A DNA stretch of 64,000 nt from Bacteroidales bacterium UBA5072 (lineage in GTDB: Bacteria; Bacteroidota; Bacteroidia; Bacteroidales; UBA10428): the NCBI GenBank assembly GCA_002415855.1, contig DIAS01000068.1, positions 6,484 through 70,483 of the forward strand. The letters are read 5' to 3'. Position 1 is the stretch's first letter, and each line of letters starts with the position of its first letter. A program made the translations under genes and the position numbers. Below are positions 34,570 through 44,378 of this stretch, in pieces. The notes below the pieces were generated by a model. It did not search any database, was not told where the DNA came from, and saw nothing but the letters and a program-made list of their open reading frames with translations.

Positions 34570-35598
34570 ATGAACAGGCTTTACCCTTTAAAATTCAAAC
34601 CCATCATCAAAGACAAGATCTGGGGAGGTATTAGGCTTAAAACGCTGCTCAACAAAAGCTGCAAGACAGACAAAGCCGGGGAGAGCTGGGAGATCAGTGG
34701 TTTTCCCGGAAATATTTCACGGGTGAAAAATGGCTTCCTTGCCGGAAACAGCCTTGAAGAACTTGTTGAAGTATACATGGGTGACCTGGTGGGCGATGGT
34801 GTTTTTGAGCATTTCGGAACGCTCTTTCCTTTGCTGATAAAATTCATTGATGCCAACGACAATTTGTCGGTTCAGGTTCATCCCGGTGATGAACTTGCGC
34901 TGAAGCAATTCGGTTCCTATGGCAAAACCGAAATGTGGTATGTTATTGAAGCAGAAGAAAATGCGGAGATCATAGTGGGTTTTAACCAGGCCATTGATCG
35001 GGAAAAATACATGCAACAGCTGAACAACAAATCCCTGCTGTCCATTTTAAATGTTGAAAAAACCAGGGCCGGAGATGTATTTTTTCTTCCAGCCGGAAGA
35101 ATACATGCCATAGGACCAGGTATTCTCCTTGCTGAAATTCAGCAAACCTCTGATGCCACACTCCGGATATACGATTATGAGCGCCTCGATGACAAAGGAG
35201 AACCCCGTGAACTACATATCGAAAAAGCACTGGAGGCTATGGATTTCCGGTTGGCTGATGCCTATAAAACAGGTTACACGAAAAACCCTGACACGCCCAA
35301 TAAGCTTGTATCCTGCCAGTACTTCACTACGAATTACCTTGAGCTGACCAGGTCTATCAGTCGCGATTACAATGCACTTGATTCCTTCGTCATTTACATG
35401 TGTATCGCAGGCAGTTTTACCGTCCTTTACCATGATACCGAACGTGAACCAGTCACTAAAGGTGAAACTGTTCTGCTGCCGGCTGAGATAAAAAACGTAC
35501 AGCTCATCCCCGATCAGGGTGCCAAAATTCTGGAAGTCTATATCGAAGGGTTGAAAGCCACAGACAGAACCGAGGAATTACTGGACAGCATCATATGA
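34570..35598 (+). CDS. manA: Mannose-6-phosphate isomerase, class I
   Basis: 342 aa with LSVQVHP, GKTEMWYV and AGRIHAIGPG, the metal-ligand motifs of type I PMI cupins. Confidence 0.8.
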   Translation: MNRLYPLKFKPIIKDKIWGGIRLKTLLNKSCKTDKAGESWEISGFPGNISRVKNGFLAGNSLEELVEVYMGDLVGDGVFEHFGTLFPLLIKFIDANDNLSVQVHPGDELALKQFGSYGKTEMWYVIEAEENAEIIVGFNQAIDREKYMQQLNNKSLLSILNVEKTRAGDVFFLPAGRIHAIGPGILLAEIQQTSDATLRIYDYERLDDKGEPRELHIEKALEAMDFRLADAYKTGYTKNPDTPNKLVSCQYFTTNYLELTRSISRDYNALDSFVIYMCIAGSFTVLYHDTEREPVTKGETVLLPAEIKNVQLIPDQGAKILEVYIEGLKATDRTEELLDSII

Positions 35599-36203
35599 TG
35601 GATATCCAAAGCGTCAGATTCATCAAAAGCAGTCCGGACCTGAAATCCTGTCCGCCGGCCGGTCCGCCTGAATACGCCTTTGCCGGGCGTTCTAATGTAG
35701 GGAAATCCTCGCTGCTCAACCTGCTCGTCAACATGAAGAACCTGGCCAAGACTTCCGCCACACCCGGTAAAACAAGGCTTATCAACCACTACCTGGTTAA
35801 TGAAAGCTGGTACATGGTTGATCTGCCCGGATATGGTTACGCAAGGACAGGGAAAAAGACACGTGATACCTTTCTTACTGCAATCGGTGACTATGCATTG
35901 CATCGTGAAACACTGGGCTGTCTTTTTATACTCATTGACTGCCGGCACAAGCCACTTGCCAACGACCTGGAATTTATAAATTGGGCCGGCACCGGCCAGA
36001 TCCCGCTTGCACTTGTTTTTACCAAAACCGATAAGCTTTCCGCCCCTGGCCTGGACAGTAACCTGACTATTTACAAAAAAAGCCTGGCGCAAAGCTGGGA
36101 AGAACTTCCTGTTATGTTCTTCACTTCGTCGTTTAACCGTACCGGAAGCGAGGAAATTCTGAAGTTCATTGAAAAGAGCAATGAGAGTTATAGAAACAAG
36201 TGA
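35595..36203 (+). CDS. engB: Ribosome biogenesis GTPase YsxC/EngB
   Basis: G1 GRSNVGKSSLLN, G3 DLPGYG, G4 TKTDK. There is a 4-nt ATGA overlap with the manA stop. Confidence 0.88.
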   Translation: MMDIQSVRFIKSSPDLKSCPPAGPPEYAFAGRSNVGKSSLLNLLVNMKNLAKTSATPGKTRLINHYLVNESWYMVDLPGYGYARTGKKTRDTFLTAIGDYALHRETLGCLFILIDCRHKPLANDLEFINWAGTGQIPLALVFTKTDKLSAPGLDSNLTIYKKSLAQSWEELPVMFFTSSFNRTGSEEILKFIEKSNESYRNK

Positions 36204-36277
36204 CTGTTGATTATAGCCTGTTAAAAACTGATTCATTAAAATATTACTCCCTCAATTCATGTTGAGCAGATATTTTC

Positions 36278-36285
36278 TACATTTG
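36278..36285 (+). promoter_or_regulatory. Bacteroidota -7 box (TACATTTG) upstream of prs
   Basis: Matches TAnnTTTG and lies 32 nt upstream of the ATG at 36317. Confidence 0.45.
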
Positions 36286-36316
36286 CAGCACCCTAAAAAT
36301 CTGAAATGCTTCATCA

Positions 36317-37255
36317 ATGAAAATAAAGGCTCCGATTAAGTTTTTCTCCGGCCGGGCATCCCACTACCTGGCTGAAAAAATCACAAAAAGTTATGGTACA
36401 GAATTGGGAAAGACTTCCGTTCTGGAGTTCAGTGACGGTGAATTTCAACCATATTTTGAAGAGTCGGTTCGCGGCTGTATAGTTTTCATTGTCCAATCGA
36501 CCTTTCCCCCATCGGATAATCTGATGGAACTTTTATTGCTGATCGATGCGGCCAAACGCGCATCAGCCTACCAGGTTGTAGCAGTTATGCCCTATCTGGG
36601 TTTGGCAAGGCAGGACAGGAAGGACAGGCCCAGATGCAGCATCGGGGCCAAGCTGGTAGCGGATATCCTTACTGCCGCCGGGGCCGACCGCGTCATGACC
36701 ATGGACCTCCATGCCGACCAGATCCAGGGATTCTTTAATGTACCGGTTGATCATCTTTACGGATCAACAATATTTGTTCCTTATATAAAAAGCCTGGCTC
36801 TTGAGAACCTCGTCATCGCAGCTCCGGATATGGGCGGTACCAAAAGAGCCAATGCATATTCAAGGTTCCTGAATTGTGAAATGGTGATTTGTTATAAAGT
36901 AAGGAAGGTTGCCAATGTTGTTGAAGAAATAAAGGTTATCGGTGAAATTAAGGATAAAAATATTGTGATCGTGGATGACATGATCGACACTGCCGGCACG
37001 GTATGCCTGGCCTCTAAACTCATGATGGATCAGGGCGCCAGGAGTGTCAGGGTGGTTTGTTCCCATCCGGTTTTGTCAGGCCCTGCTTATGAACGTATTG
37101 AAAAATCTCAGATTACCGAAGTGGTTGTTACTGATACAATACCCCTGAGAGGACAATCGGAGAAGATCAAGGTTCTGACAATTGCAGACTTGTTTGCGGA
37201 TGTGATCCACAAAGTCTATAAGTATAAGTCGATTACGAAGAACTTTATTGTTTGA
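36317..37255 (+). CDS. prs: Ribose-phosphate pyrophosphokinase
   Basis: DLHADQIQGFF and the PRPP-binding loop VDDMIDTAGT. The conserved prs-rplY(ctc)-pth gene order supports the call. Confidence 0.93.
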   Translation: MKIKAPIKFFSGRASHYLAEKITKSYGTELGKTSVLEFSDGEFQPYFEESVRGCIVFIVQSTFPPSDNLMELLLLIDAAKRASAYQVVAVMPYLGLARQDRKDRPRCSIGAKLVADILTAAGADRVMTMDLHADQIQGFFNVPVDHLYGSTIFVPYIKSLALENLVIAAPDMGGTKRANAYSRFLNCEMVICYKVRKVANVVEEIKVIGEIKDKNIVIVDDMIDTAGTVCLASKLMMDQGARSVRVVCSHPVLSGPAYERIEKSQITEVVVTDTIPLRGQSEKIKVLTIADLFADVIHKVYKYKSITKNFIV

Positions 37256-37269
37256 GATCATTCGTAAGA

Positions 37270-37304
37270 ATTCACTATTCATCATTCATCATTCATAATT
37301 CATA
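37270..37304. repeat. Five tandem heptamers (ATTCACT ATTCATC ATTCATC ATTCATA ATTCATA)
   Basis: Read directly from the sequence. It lies between the prs stop and the -7 box upstream of rplY. Confidence 0.85.
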
Positions 37305-37313
37305 ATTAATTTC

Positions 37314-37321
37314 TATATTTG
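37314..37321 (+). promoter_or_regulatory. Bacteroidota -7 box (TATATTTG) upstream of rplY
   Basis: Matches TAnnTTTG, about 108 nt upstream of the rplY ATG. The leader contains an imperfect hairpin (ACCACTGTTTA/TAAACAATGGT). Confidence 0.4.
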
Positions 37322-37429
37322 CCCTCCTTTTTAAACCACTGTTTATTATTAAACAATGGTGTAATGGGGAATCCGCATTGATCGGAATTCCAAGTAGCAC
37401 ATTGTAGAATTGTTTAATTAATTTTTGAA

Positions 37430-38077
37430 ATGAAATCCATCGATTTAAAAGTAACCGTGCGCAAAAGCACAGGAAAGAAAGATGCCAAAATGCTCAGGAG
37501 AAACAATCAGGTACCCTGCGTGCTTTATGGCGGTAAGGAAAATCTGCATTTTTATACTGAAGAAAGAGACTTCAAAGACCTTGTTTATACCCATCATGTA
37601 TACCTGGTGAATCTCGACATTGAAGGCAAGAAGCACAAGGCTTTTATGAAGGAGATACAGTTCCATCCTGTATCGGACCGGTTGAACCACATTGATTTTA
37701 TAGAAGTGAGTTCCGATAAGCCTGTTGTTATTGAGCTGCCAGTAGAAATTACCGGGAGCTCCATCGGTATCCGGGCAGGTGGTAAGTTACGGCAACGTAA
37801 GAGACTCATAAAGGTTAAAGGATTAATAGAGCATTTACCCGATTCACTGGTAATTGATATTTCGGATCTCGATATCGGGCATTCTGTTCTTGCCGGCGAT
37901 CTGAAATATCCTCATGTTGAGATTCTCGAATCTAATCGCGCTCTTGTTGTTGGTGTGATTTCTTCAAGAGTTGCCAAGGGTATGGAAGAAGGTGCTGAAG
38001 TTGCTGCTGCAGAAGGTGCTCCTGCTGCCGCTGCCGCTGCTGCACCCGCACCTGCGTCTGCAGAAACCAAGAAATAA
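37430..38077 (+). CDS. rplY: 50S ribosomal protein L25/general stress protein Ctc form
   Basis: 215 aa with N-terminus RKSTGKKDAKMLRRNNQVPCVLYG typical of L25/Ctc. It has an Ala-rich C-terminal tail (AAEGAPAAAAAAAPAPASAETKK). Confidence 0.9.
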   Translation: MKSIDLKVTVRKSTGKKDAKMLRRNNQVPCVLYGGKENLHFYTEERDFKDLVYTHHVYLVNLDIEGKKHKAFMKEIQFHPVSDRLNHIDFIEVSSDKPVVIELPVEITGSSIGIRAGGKLRQRKRLIKVKGLIEHLPDSLVIDISDLDIGHSVLAGDLKYPHVEILESNRALVVGVISSRVAKGMEEGAEVAAAEGAPAAAAAAAPAPASAETKK

Positions 38078-38090
38078 TAACTGAACTGCC

Positions 38091-38654
38091 TTGAAATACC
38101 TGGTTACCGGACTGGGTAATGTTGGTGACGAATACCACGAAACCCGTCACAATATAGGATTTATGATACTGGATGCCCTTGCCGGGGCATCCAGTTTAAC
38201 ATTTTCCGACAGGAGATACGGCTTCACCGCAGAATACCGTTACAAAGGACGCACCTTTGTTCTCCTGAAGCCGAATACCTATGTGAATCTTAGTGGGAAA
38301 GCCGTTAATTACTGGCTTCAGAAAGAATCCATACCTATAGAAAATCTTCTGGTGCTAGCCGATGATCTGGCCCTTCCTTTCGGCATCATCCGGCTTCGCC
38401 CCAGAGGTGGAGACGGTGGTCATAACGGATTGACCAGTATTATCGAAATGCTGGGAACCCAGGAATTTGCACGACTCCGGTTTGGCATTGGCGGTAATTT
38501 CTCTTATGGGACCCAGGTTGATTATGTGTTAGGGAAATGGAGCACCGATGAAGCTGCCAGGTTGCAGGAAAGAATTGATGTCTGTCACGAGATTATCCGG
38601 AGTTTTGGTGCTGTTGGTATCGACCGTACCATGAATGCTTTCAACAATCGTTAA
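38091..38654 (+). CDS. pth: Peptidyl-tRNA hydrolase
   Basis: KYLVTGLGNVGDEYHETRHNIGF (catalytic His region). The start codon is TTG at 38091, 13 nt after the rplY stop. Confidence 0.9.
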   Translation: MKYLVTGLGNVGDEYHETRHNIGFMILDALAGASSLTFSDRRYGFTAEYRYKGRTFVLLKPNTYVNLSGKAVNYWLQKESIPIENLLVLADDLALPFGIIRLRPRGGDGGHNGLTSIIEMLGTQEFARLRFGIGGNFSYGTQVDYVLGKWSTDEAARLQERIDVCHEIIRSFGAVGIDRTMNAFNNR

Positions 38655-38719
38655 AGTTTTGTTAAATAGGCCGGTAGCTAAAGCTATTAATGTTAGCTTT
38701 GCAAATCTTATCCATATTT

Positions 38720-40000
38720 ATGCGCCCGATTACTGTCAAGATTATTCTTTTGGTTTCATCACTCGCCCTGTTAGGTTTAGTTGTCACACAAACATTCTGG
38801 ATCCGGGAAGAGATTATCCTCGGAAGAAGGCAATTTGATCACCGGGCCGACAATGCCTTGATGGATATCATGAATGAACTGCAGGATTATTCCGACAGTT
38901 CATCCCGCTTCCGTCCCAGAAATATGTCCTGTCCCGTTCCCGGAAAAAAGCGCGACATTCTGGATGTGCTTGATACGGCGCTTCTGGATGTTTTGGTAAA
39001 AAAGTATGTCGAATACCACCGCCTGGATTATCAATACAGCTATGCTGTCGTCAAAACCGTCAACGATTCGGTTATTTACAGATCGCGCGGATTCCCCATG
39101 ATCAAGAGTTCTGTCAGGCCCTATAAAGCCTGTCTGAGTTGCATCTACAAAGAGGCCTACTATCATCTCGCCCTTTACTTCCCCAGAAAGAACAAGGCCG
39201 TTTTTTTTGAACAGGGCATCTGGCTTGGCCTGACTATTCTCTTTCTGACCATCATCACTTTTGGCGTGGCGGCGATTGTGATTACATACCTGAGACAAAA
39301 GAAACTGACAGAGATGAAGAATGATTTCATCAACAACATCACGCATGAATTCAAGACGCCGGTTTCAACCATAGCTCTGGCTGCCGAAGTACTGATGAAC
39401 CTGGAACCAAAATCGCTGCCCGAACGTGTAAAGCGTTACTCTAAAATCATATTCGACGAAAATGCCAGGATGCAGCAACAGGTGGAACGCGTTTTGGAAA
39501 TTGCCCAGCAGGATTACCATGATATTAAGCTGAACCCGGTTGAGCTGGATGTACACGATTTGCTCAAAACCGTGATTCCTGCTCTGTGTTTTGAAAAGAG
39601 CGACAAGGATGTAAAGATCCATTACCAGTTCAAAGCCGCTCATCCGGTAATTTTTGCCGATAAGATGTATGTCACCGGAATTATTACCAACATCACTGAA
39701 AATGCCATCAAATATTCCGGCAATTCTCCCGAATTAACCGTCATTACCGACGATTATAAAGAGGGGATCCTTATCTCATTTGTTGACAATGGTATTGGCA
39801 TGAGCCGGGAGTCGCTGAAACATGTCTTTGAGAAATTCTACCGGGTACCCACCGGCAACATACATAATGTCAAGGGATTTGGTTTGGGCCTTTATTATGC
39901 AAGAACCATGGCGGAGGCCCATAACGGTAAAATTACAGCAACAAGTGAATTGAACAAAGGCAGCAGGTTCGATGTTTATTTACCCGGGAATAGCCAATAA
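38720..40000 (+). CDS. Sensor histidine kinase (HisKA + HATPase_c)
   Basis: H-box FINNITHEFKTP, N/G boxes (NAIKYSG, DNGIGM, GFGLGL) and two TM segments. The likely start is Met11 at 38720 rather than 38690. Confidence 0.85.
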   Translation: MRPITVKIILLVSSLALLGLVVTQTFWIREEIILGRRQFDHRADNALMDIMNELQDYSDSSSRFRPRNMSCPVPGKKRDILDVLDTALLDVLVKKYVEYHRLDYQYSYAVVKTVNDSVIYRSRGFPMIKSSVRPYKACLSCIYKEAYYHLALYFPRKNKAVFFEQGIWLGLTILFLTIITFGVAAIVITYLRQKKLTEMKNDFINNITHEFKTPVSTIALAAEVLMNLEPKSLPERVKRYSKIIFDENARMQQQVERVLEIAQQDYHDIKLNPVELDVHDLLKTVIPALCFEKSDKDVKIHYQFKAAHPVIFADKMYVTGIITNITENAIKYSGNSPELTVITDDYKEGILISFVDNGIGMSRESLKHVFEKFYRVPTGNIHNVKGFGLGLYYARTMAEAHNGKITATSELNKGSRFDVYLPGNSQ

Positions 40001-40018
40001 TTCAAATACTGACCATTC

Positions 40019-40729
40019 ATGCCAAAGACAAAGGGACGGATATTGCTGGTGGAAGATGATAAGAACCTTGGCATTGTCCTCAGTGATTTCCTGGAAATGT
40101 CAGACTATCAGGTTAATCACAAAGAGAACGGACAGGACGGGCTTCATGAATTCTTTAAAGGATCCTATGACCTCGTTTTGCTTGATATCATGCTGCCGAT
40201 GATTGACGGTTTCACAGTGGCAGAAGAAATACGGAAACATGACTCCGAGATCCCCATTGTTTTTATGACAGCCAAAGTCATGAAAGAAGATAAGATCAGG
40301 GGATTCAGGATCGGTGCAGATGACTATATCACCAAACCTTTCAGCACCGAGGAACTCAAACTCAGAATCCATGCAATTCTGAGAAGGGTGCAGGGCAAAC
40401 CGGACATTTCTGCCAGATCGGCCCGATACATCATAGGGAAGTACTCCTTTGATTTTGCCAATCATCTTCTATCCTCTTCTTCCGGTGACAAGCGCCTTAC
40501 TAAACGTGAAGCCGAACTTCTTCACCTGCTCTGCCTGAACATGAACCAGGTTCTGCGCAGGGAGGTCGCTTTAAAAACCATCTGGGGGGAGGATGACTAC
40601 TTTATGGGCCGCAGCATGGATGTTTACATCACCAAACTCAGAAAACTGCTTGCCGGGGATCCGTCAGTTACCATTACCAATATCCACAATACAGGATTTA
40701 AGCTCGAAGTGAAAGACAATAACCAGTAA
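40019..40729 (+). CDS. OmpR/PhoB-family response regulator
   Basis: Receiver domain (ILLVEDD...DLVLLDIMLP...TAK) plus a winged-helix C-terminus (LTKREAELLHLL...VYITKLRKKL-like). Confidence 0.9.
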   Translation: MPKTKGRILLVEDDKNLGIVLSDFLEMSDYQVNHKENGQDGLHEFFKGSYDLVLLDIMLPMIDGFTVAEEIRKHDSEIPIVFMTAKVMKEDKIRGFRIGADDYITKPFSTEELKLRIHAILRRVQGKPDISARSARYIIGKYSFDFANHLLSSSSGDKRLTKREAELLHLLCLNMNQVLRREVALKTIWGEDDYFMGRSMDVYITKLRKLLAGDPSVTITNIHNTGFKLEVKDNNQ

Positions 40730-40822
40730 TTCATGTAATGCTTCACGAAGTTTTTTGTTATCTTTCCGGCCTGCGAAACAGTCTTTTATTCACTGAATAC
40801 TAACCAAGCTCTGTACCAGTCC

Positions 40823-42115
40823 ATGACCAAAGACCGTACTTCATTTCCTCCTGTATTCTGGATTGCCAACACGGTCGAGATTCTTGAGAGATTCGCCTAT
40901 TATGGCATTTACATGGGATTCCCCATTTATTTTGCAACCCTGGGGTATAAAACTGAACAGTTGGGATTAATCCAAGGATTGTTTCTTTTCATTTCCTACA
41001 CTGTCCCTGTCTTCTCGGGCACCTTTGCCGACAAATACGGATTTAAAAAAATTCTTCTAATATCCTACCTGGCCTATCTTCCTTCTGTTTTGCTCCTTAT
41101 TTTTACCAGGTCATTTTCAGGGATAGCCCTGTCAATGCTATGCATAGGATTTGCAGCCGGAATCTTCAAGCCTCTCATATCAGGTACGGTACGGGTGGTG
41201 ACCGATGGTACAAACCGCACGGTGGGTTTTGGAATTTTTTATGCCATGGTAAATATTGGGGCATCCTTTGGACCGCTTATCCTTGGTAACTTGAGAGCCG
41301 TTTCATGGGAAAATGCTTATATAGCTGCCGCTGTTGGCATAGGTATAATGTTTTTTATAACCCTGATTTTCTATAAAGAACCTGAAAGGACACTCGAGGG
41401 AGAAACGCTGGCAAAAAAATTCAGGGGCATGGGCGAAACATTCTCCGATATCAGATTTGTCAGTTTTCTGGTGATTCTGGGATTGTTTTTCTGGCTTCCT
41501 TTCTGGTCATTCTTTAATTTATGTTCCAAGTATGTCGAGACCCAACTTGATGGTGCAGCGCTATACAACGATATCAGAACCACACTCGGAACAGGTATTG
41601 CCAATTTCCTGTCAAAAGACTACGAAGGGACACGCAAGGTGCTTGGTGAAACCATTTCTCATACCGGATGGGTGATTATGGTATTTCAGGTATTTGTTGC
41701 CTGGATCTTCGAACGTTTCCGCACTATCCCTTCGTTCGTCTTCGGACTTTTTGTGCTGAGTATCGCATTTGGCTTTCTTGGTCTGGCCGGAATAACTAAT
41801 CCGGCCTGGATCTTCCTCGGGATCTTTTTATTTGCCATCGGTGAAATGATAACTTCTCCGCGCATTCAGGAGTATATAGCCTGGATTGCCCTTAAAGAAA
41901 AGGCAGGTTTGTACATGGGCTCCAATTTTCTTGCCGTTGGCATTGGCGGTTTCCTGAGCGGGGTGATTTATACGTCGCGCATTTACGACTATTTTGAACG
42001 GACCGGTCACACCGAATATCTGTGGTTGGTGCTGGGAACCCACACGCTCATCGGTATTATCGTTCTGGTATTATTCTCCAGATTTGCAGGACAATTCAGG
42101 GAACAGGAAATATGA
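40823..42115 (+). CDS. MFS transporter, POT/PTR2 (peptide:proton symporter) type
   Basis: N-terminal EILERFAYYG motif (ExxERFxYYG) and about 12 TM segments. Confidence 0.72.
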   Translation: MTKDRTSFPPVFWIANTVEILERFAYYGIYMGFPIYFATLGYKTEQLGLIQGLFLFISYTVPVFSGTFADKYGFKKILLISYLAYLPSVLLLIFTRSFSGIALSMLCIGFAAGIFKPLISGTVRVVTDGTNRTVGFGIFYAMVNIGASFGPLILGNLRAVSWENAYIAAAVGIGIMFFITLIFYKEPERTLEGETLAKKFRGMGETFSDIRFVSFLVILGLFFWLPFWSFFNLCSKYVETQLDGAALYNDIRTTLGTGIANFLSKDYEGTRKVLGETISHTGWVIMVFQVFVAWIFERFRTIPSFVFGLFVLSIAFGFLGLAGITNPAWIFLGIFLFAIGEMITSPRIQEYIAWIALKEKAGLYMGSNFLAVGIGGFLSGVIYTSRIYDYFERTGHTEYLWLVLGTHTLIGIIVLVLFSRFAGQFREQEI

Positions 42116-42162
42116 CCTTTTTACATGGGTACAACCTTCAGGAACCGGATAGATAACCAGCT

Positions 42163-44331
42163 ATGAAAAGGAATCAGCAGCTCCATATTATCCTGTTGGT
42201 TATTGGTTTGCTGGTTATCCTGTTGCCTTTCAGCAGAATTCATGCGATGGGCACCGGCATCGTGCCTGATGGTATCACGAAAGACACTGTGGTCACGGCC
42301 GGGATCGACCTCCGGCATTTCACCGACAAGCTTTTGCAGTCGCCCGGTATCCTGATCCTGCAACTGATCATCATCATGGTGATTGCACGGATAATGGGGT
42401 ATCTCTTTCAGATCATCGGTCAGCCCCTGGTGATCGGGGAAATCGTTGCCGGGCTGCTCCTGGGTCCTTCTGTTTTAGGTGCCCTGGCTCCCGGGGTATC
42501 AGCATTTATTTTCCCCGGAAGTTCGATCAGCATACTCCAGCAACTCAGTCAGCTGGGCCTGATCTTCTTCATGTTCATTATCGGAATGGAACTTGATACG
42601 CAGTCATTCAAACGATCCGCCAATAAGGCCATGCTGATCAGTGTCGTAAGTATCGTTGTACCTTTTATTTCTGGCATCATTCTGGCCTATTATCTTGAGG
42701 GGGATTTCTCCCCCCGAGATGTGAATTTCAGCTCCTTTGCCCTTTTCATGGGAACAACCATGTGTATTACGGCATTCCCTATCCTGGCACGGATAGTCCA
42801 GGAGCGTAAACTTACCAGAAAACCGGTAGGTATTATGGCCATCACGGTTGCAGCTATCGGTGATGTCGTTGCCTGGTGTATTCTGGCTGTCGTTATTGCC
42901 ATTGTGAAATCAGGAGGTATCAGTCACTCCTTTCTGACCATTGGTCTTTCTGTTGTTTATATCTTTCTGATGTTCTCCGTCGTTAAGCCTTTCATGTACC
43001 GTCTTGGAAGAGTGTATGCAACACGTGAAACAATGGGCAAACCCATTGTTGCTTTCGTCTTCCTGCTCATCCTCATTTCATCCCTCATCACAGAGGCACT
43101 TGGCATACACGCTTTGTTCGGGGCTTTTATGGCTGGCGTGGTAATGCCGGAGAACCTGAGCTTCAAACGGGTATTTACAGAAAAAATAGAGGATGTTTCT
43201 CTTGTCATCCTGTTGCCGCTGTTTTTCGTTTCAACAGGACTCCGTACGGAGATTGGGCTTCTCAATTCGTGGCACCTCTGGTCTGTTTGTATCATCATTA
43301 CCCTTACCGCTATCATCGGAAAATTTGGCGGAACGCTGATAGCCTCCAGATTCGTTGGTCTGAACTGGAAACATTCGCTTACCCTGGGTGTGCTTATGAA
43401 CTCAAAAGGCCTGATGGAACTGATTGTCCTGAACATCGGCTATGACCTGGGTATACTGAGTCCTGAAGTTTTTGTCATGCTGGTGATCATGGCCCTGGCG
43501 ACCACTTTGCTGACCGGTCCGGGATTAAACCTGATTGATGCCTTTCGTCCAAAAAGAGAATCCCAGATCTTACGCGATAAGAAATACAAGATCATGCTTT
43601 CTTTTGCCAATCCCAAGATGGGAGGAACCTTGCTAAACCTTACCCATCAGCTGATCTCTGCAAAAGCCTGTGATACTGTTTTCACCGCTTTGCACATTTC
43701 ACCGCGAACCGATCTTTCGCCCGATGATGCCATTGTTTTCGAAAAGGAAAGCTTCACACCGGTACGTCGTTATGCTGAAAAAAACGGGCTCTCCCTGAGT
43801 ACCCTATACCGCAATACCAATGACATACATGGTGAGATCCTGAAGAACTGCAAATCAGAAAAGCCTGATTTTCTCATTGTGGGGAGTGCCAGATCAGTCT
43901 TCAGTACGGATATCCTGGGCGGTATTCTCAAACGGATCATCCATGAAGCAGTTTGTGATGTGCTGATTTTTAACGAACGGAGTTTTAATGAAATCCAATC
44001 GGTTTTAATTGTGTATTTCGGCAATGGTGACGAGTACCTTTTTGATTATGCCCGCATGCTGAATCATAGCAGTGGCAGGAAGTTTTATGCTTACCACCGC
44101 GGTCTCGAGAACAAAGACAGCGCAGATGCCTTTAACAACTCGGGTATACCTATTGTACCTGTTACAGGTAGCCTGTTGCAGCCTGCTTTTCTCCGGTCAG
44201 TAGACCTGGTGATGGTTTCAGAAACTAATTGGAAGGTACTTGAGGAAAAGTATAACCTGCCGCTCGGCCAATTTCCCTCGCTGCTGATCGTTCATAAGGG
44301 AAAGAATGGTAACAGGATCCTTGGCAATTAA
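42163..44331 (+). CDS. Cation:proton antiporter (CPA2 family) with an extended cytoplasmic C-terminal domain
   Basis: 722 aa with a Na+/H+ exchanger-type TM core (GQPLVIGEIVAGLLLGPS, GMELD). The C-terminal domain is about 270 aa and alpha/beta (USP-like). Confidence 0.8.
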   Translation: MKRNQQLHIILLVIGLLVILLPFSRIHAMGTGIVPDGITKDTVVTAGIDLRHFTDKLLQSPGILILQLIIIMVIARIMGYLFQIIGQPLVIGEIVAGLLLGPSVLGALAPGVSAFIFPGSSISILQQLSQLGLIFFMFIIGMELDTQSFKRSANKAMLISVVSIVVPFISGIILAYYLEGDFSPRDVNFSSFALFMGTTMCITAFPILARIVQERKLTRKPVGIMAITVAAIGDVVAWCILAVVIAIVKSGGISHSFLTIGLSVVYIFLMFSVVKPFMYRLGRVYATRETMGKPIVAFVFLLILISSLITEALGIHALFGAFMAGVVMPENLSFKRVFTEKIEDVSLVILLPLFFVSTGLRTEIGLLNSWHLWSVCIIITLTAIIGKFGGTLIASRFVGLNWKHSLTLGVLMNSKGLMELIVLNIGYDLGILSPEVFVMLVIMALATTLLTGPGLNLIDAFRPKRESQILRDKKYKIMLSFANPKMGGTLLNLTHQLISAKACDTVFTALHISPRTDLSPDDAIVFEKESFTPVRRYAEKNGLSLSTLYRNTNDIHGEILKNCKSEKPDFLIVGSARSVFSTDILGGILKRIIHEAVCDVLIFNERSFNEIQSVLIVYFGNGDEYLFDYARMLNHSSGRKFYAYHRGLENKDSADAFNNSGIPIVPVTGSLLQPAFLRSVDLVMVSETNWKVLEEKYNLPLGQFPSLLIVHKGKNGNRILGN

Positions 44332-44378
44332 GGATTGCAAGAAATGGCTGATGTCACTGTCAATCGCGAAAGTAGCTG

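Noticed and set aside
37975-38077. A GCT/GCC-rich repeat (Ala-rich tail of L25/Ctc) as a possible DNA-level tandem repeat or separate feature.
   Set aside because: It is in frame within rplY and encodes a low-complexity Ala/Pro tail, which is common in Ctc-type L25 proteins. It is not an independent element.
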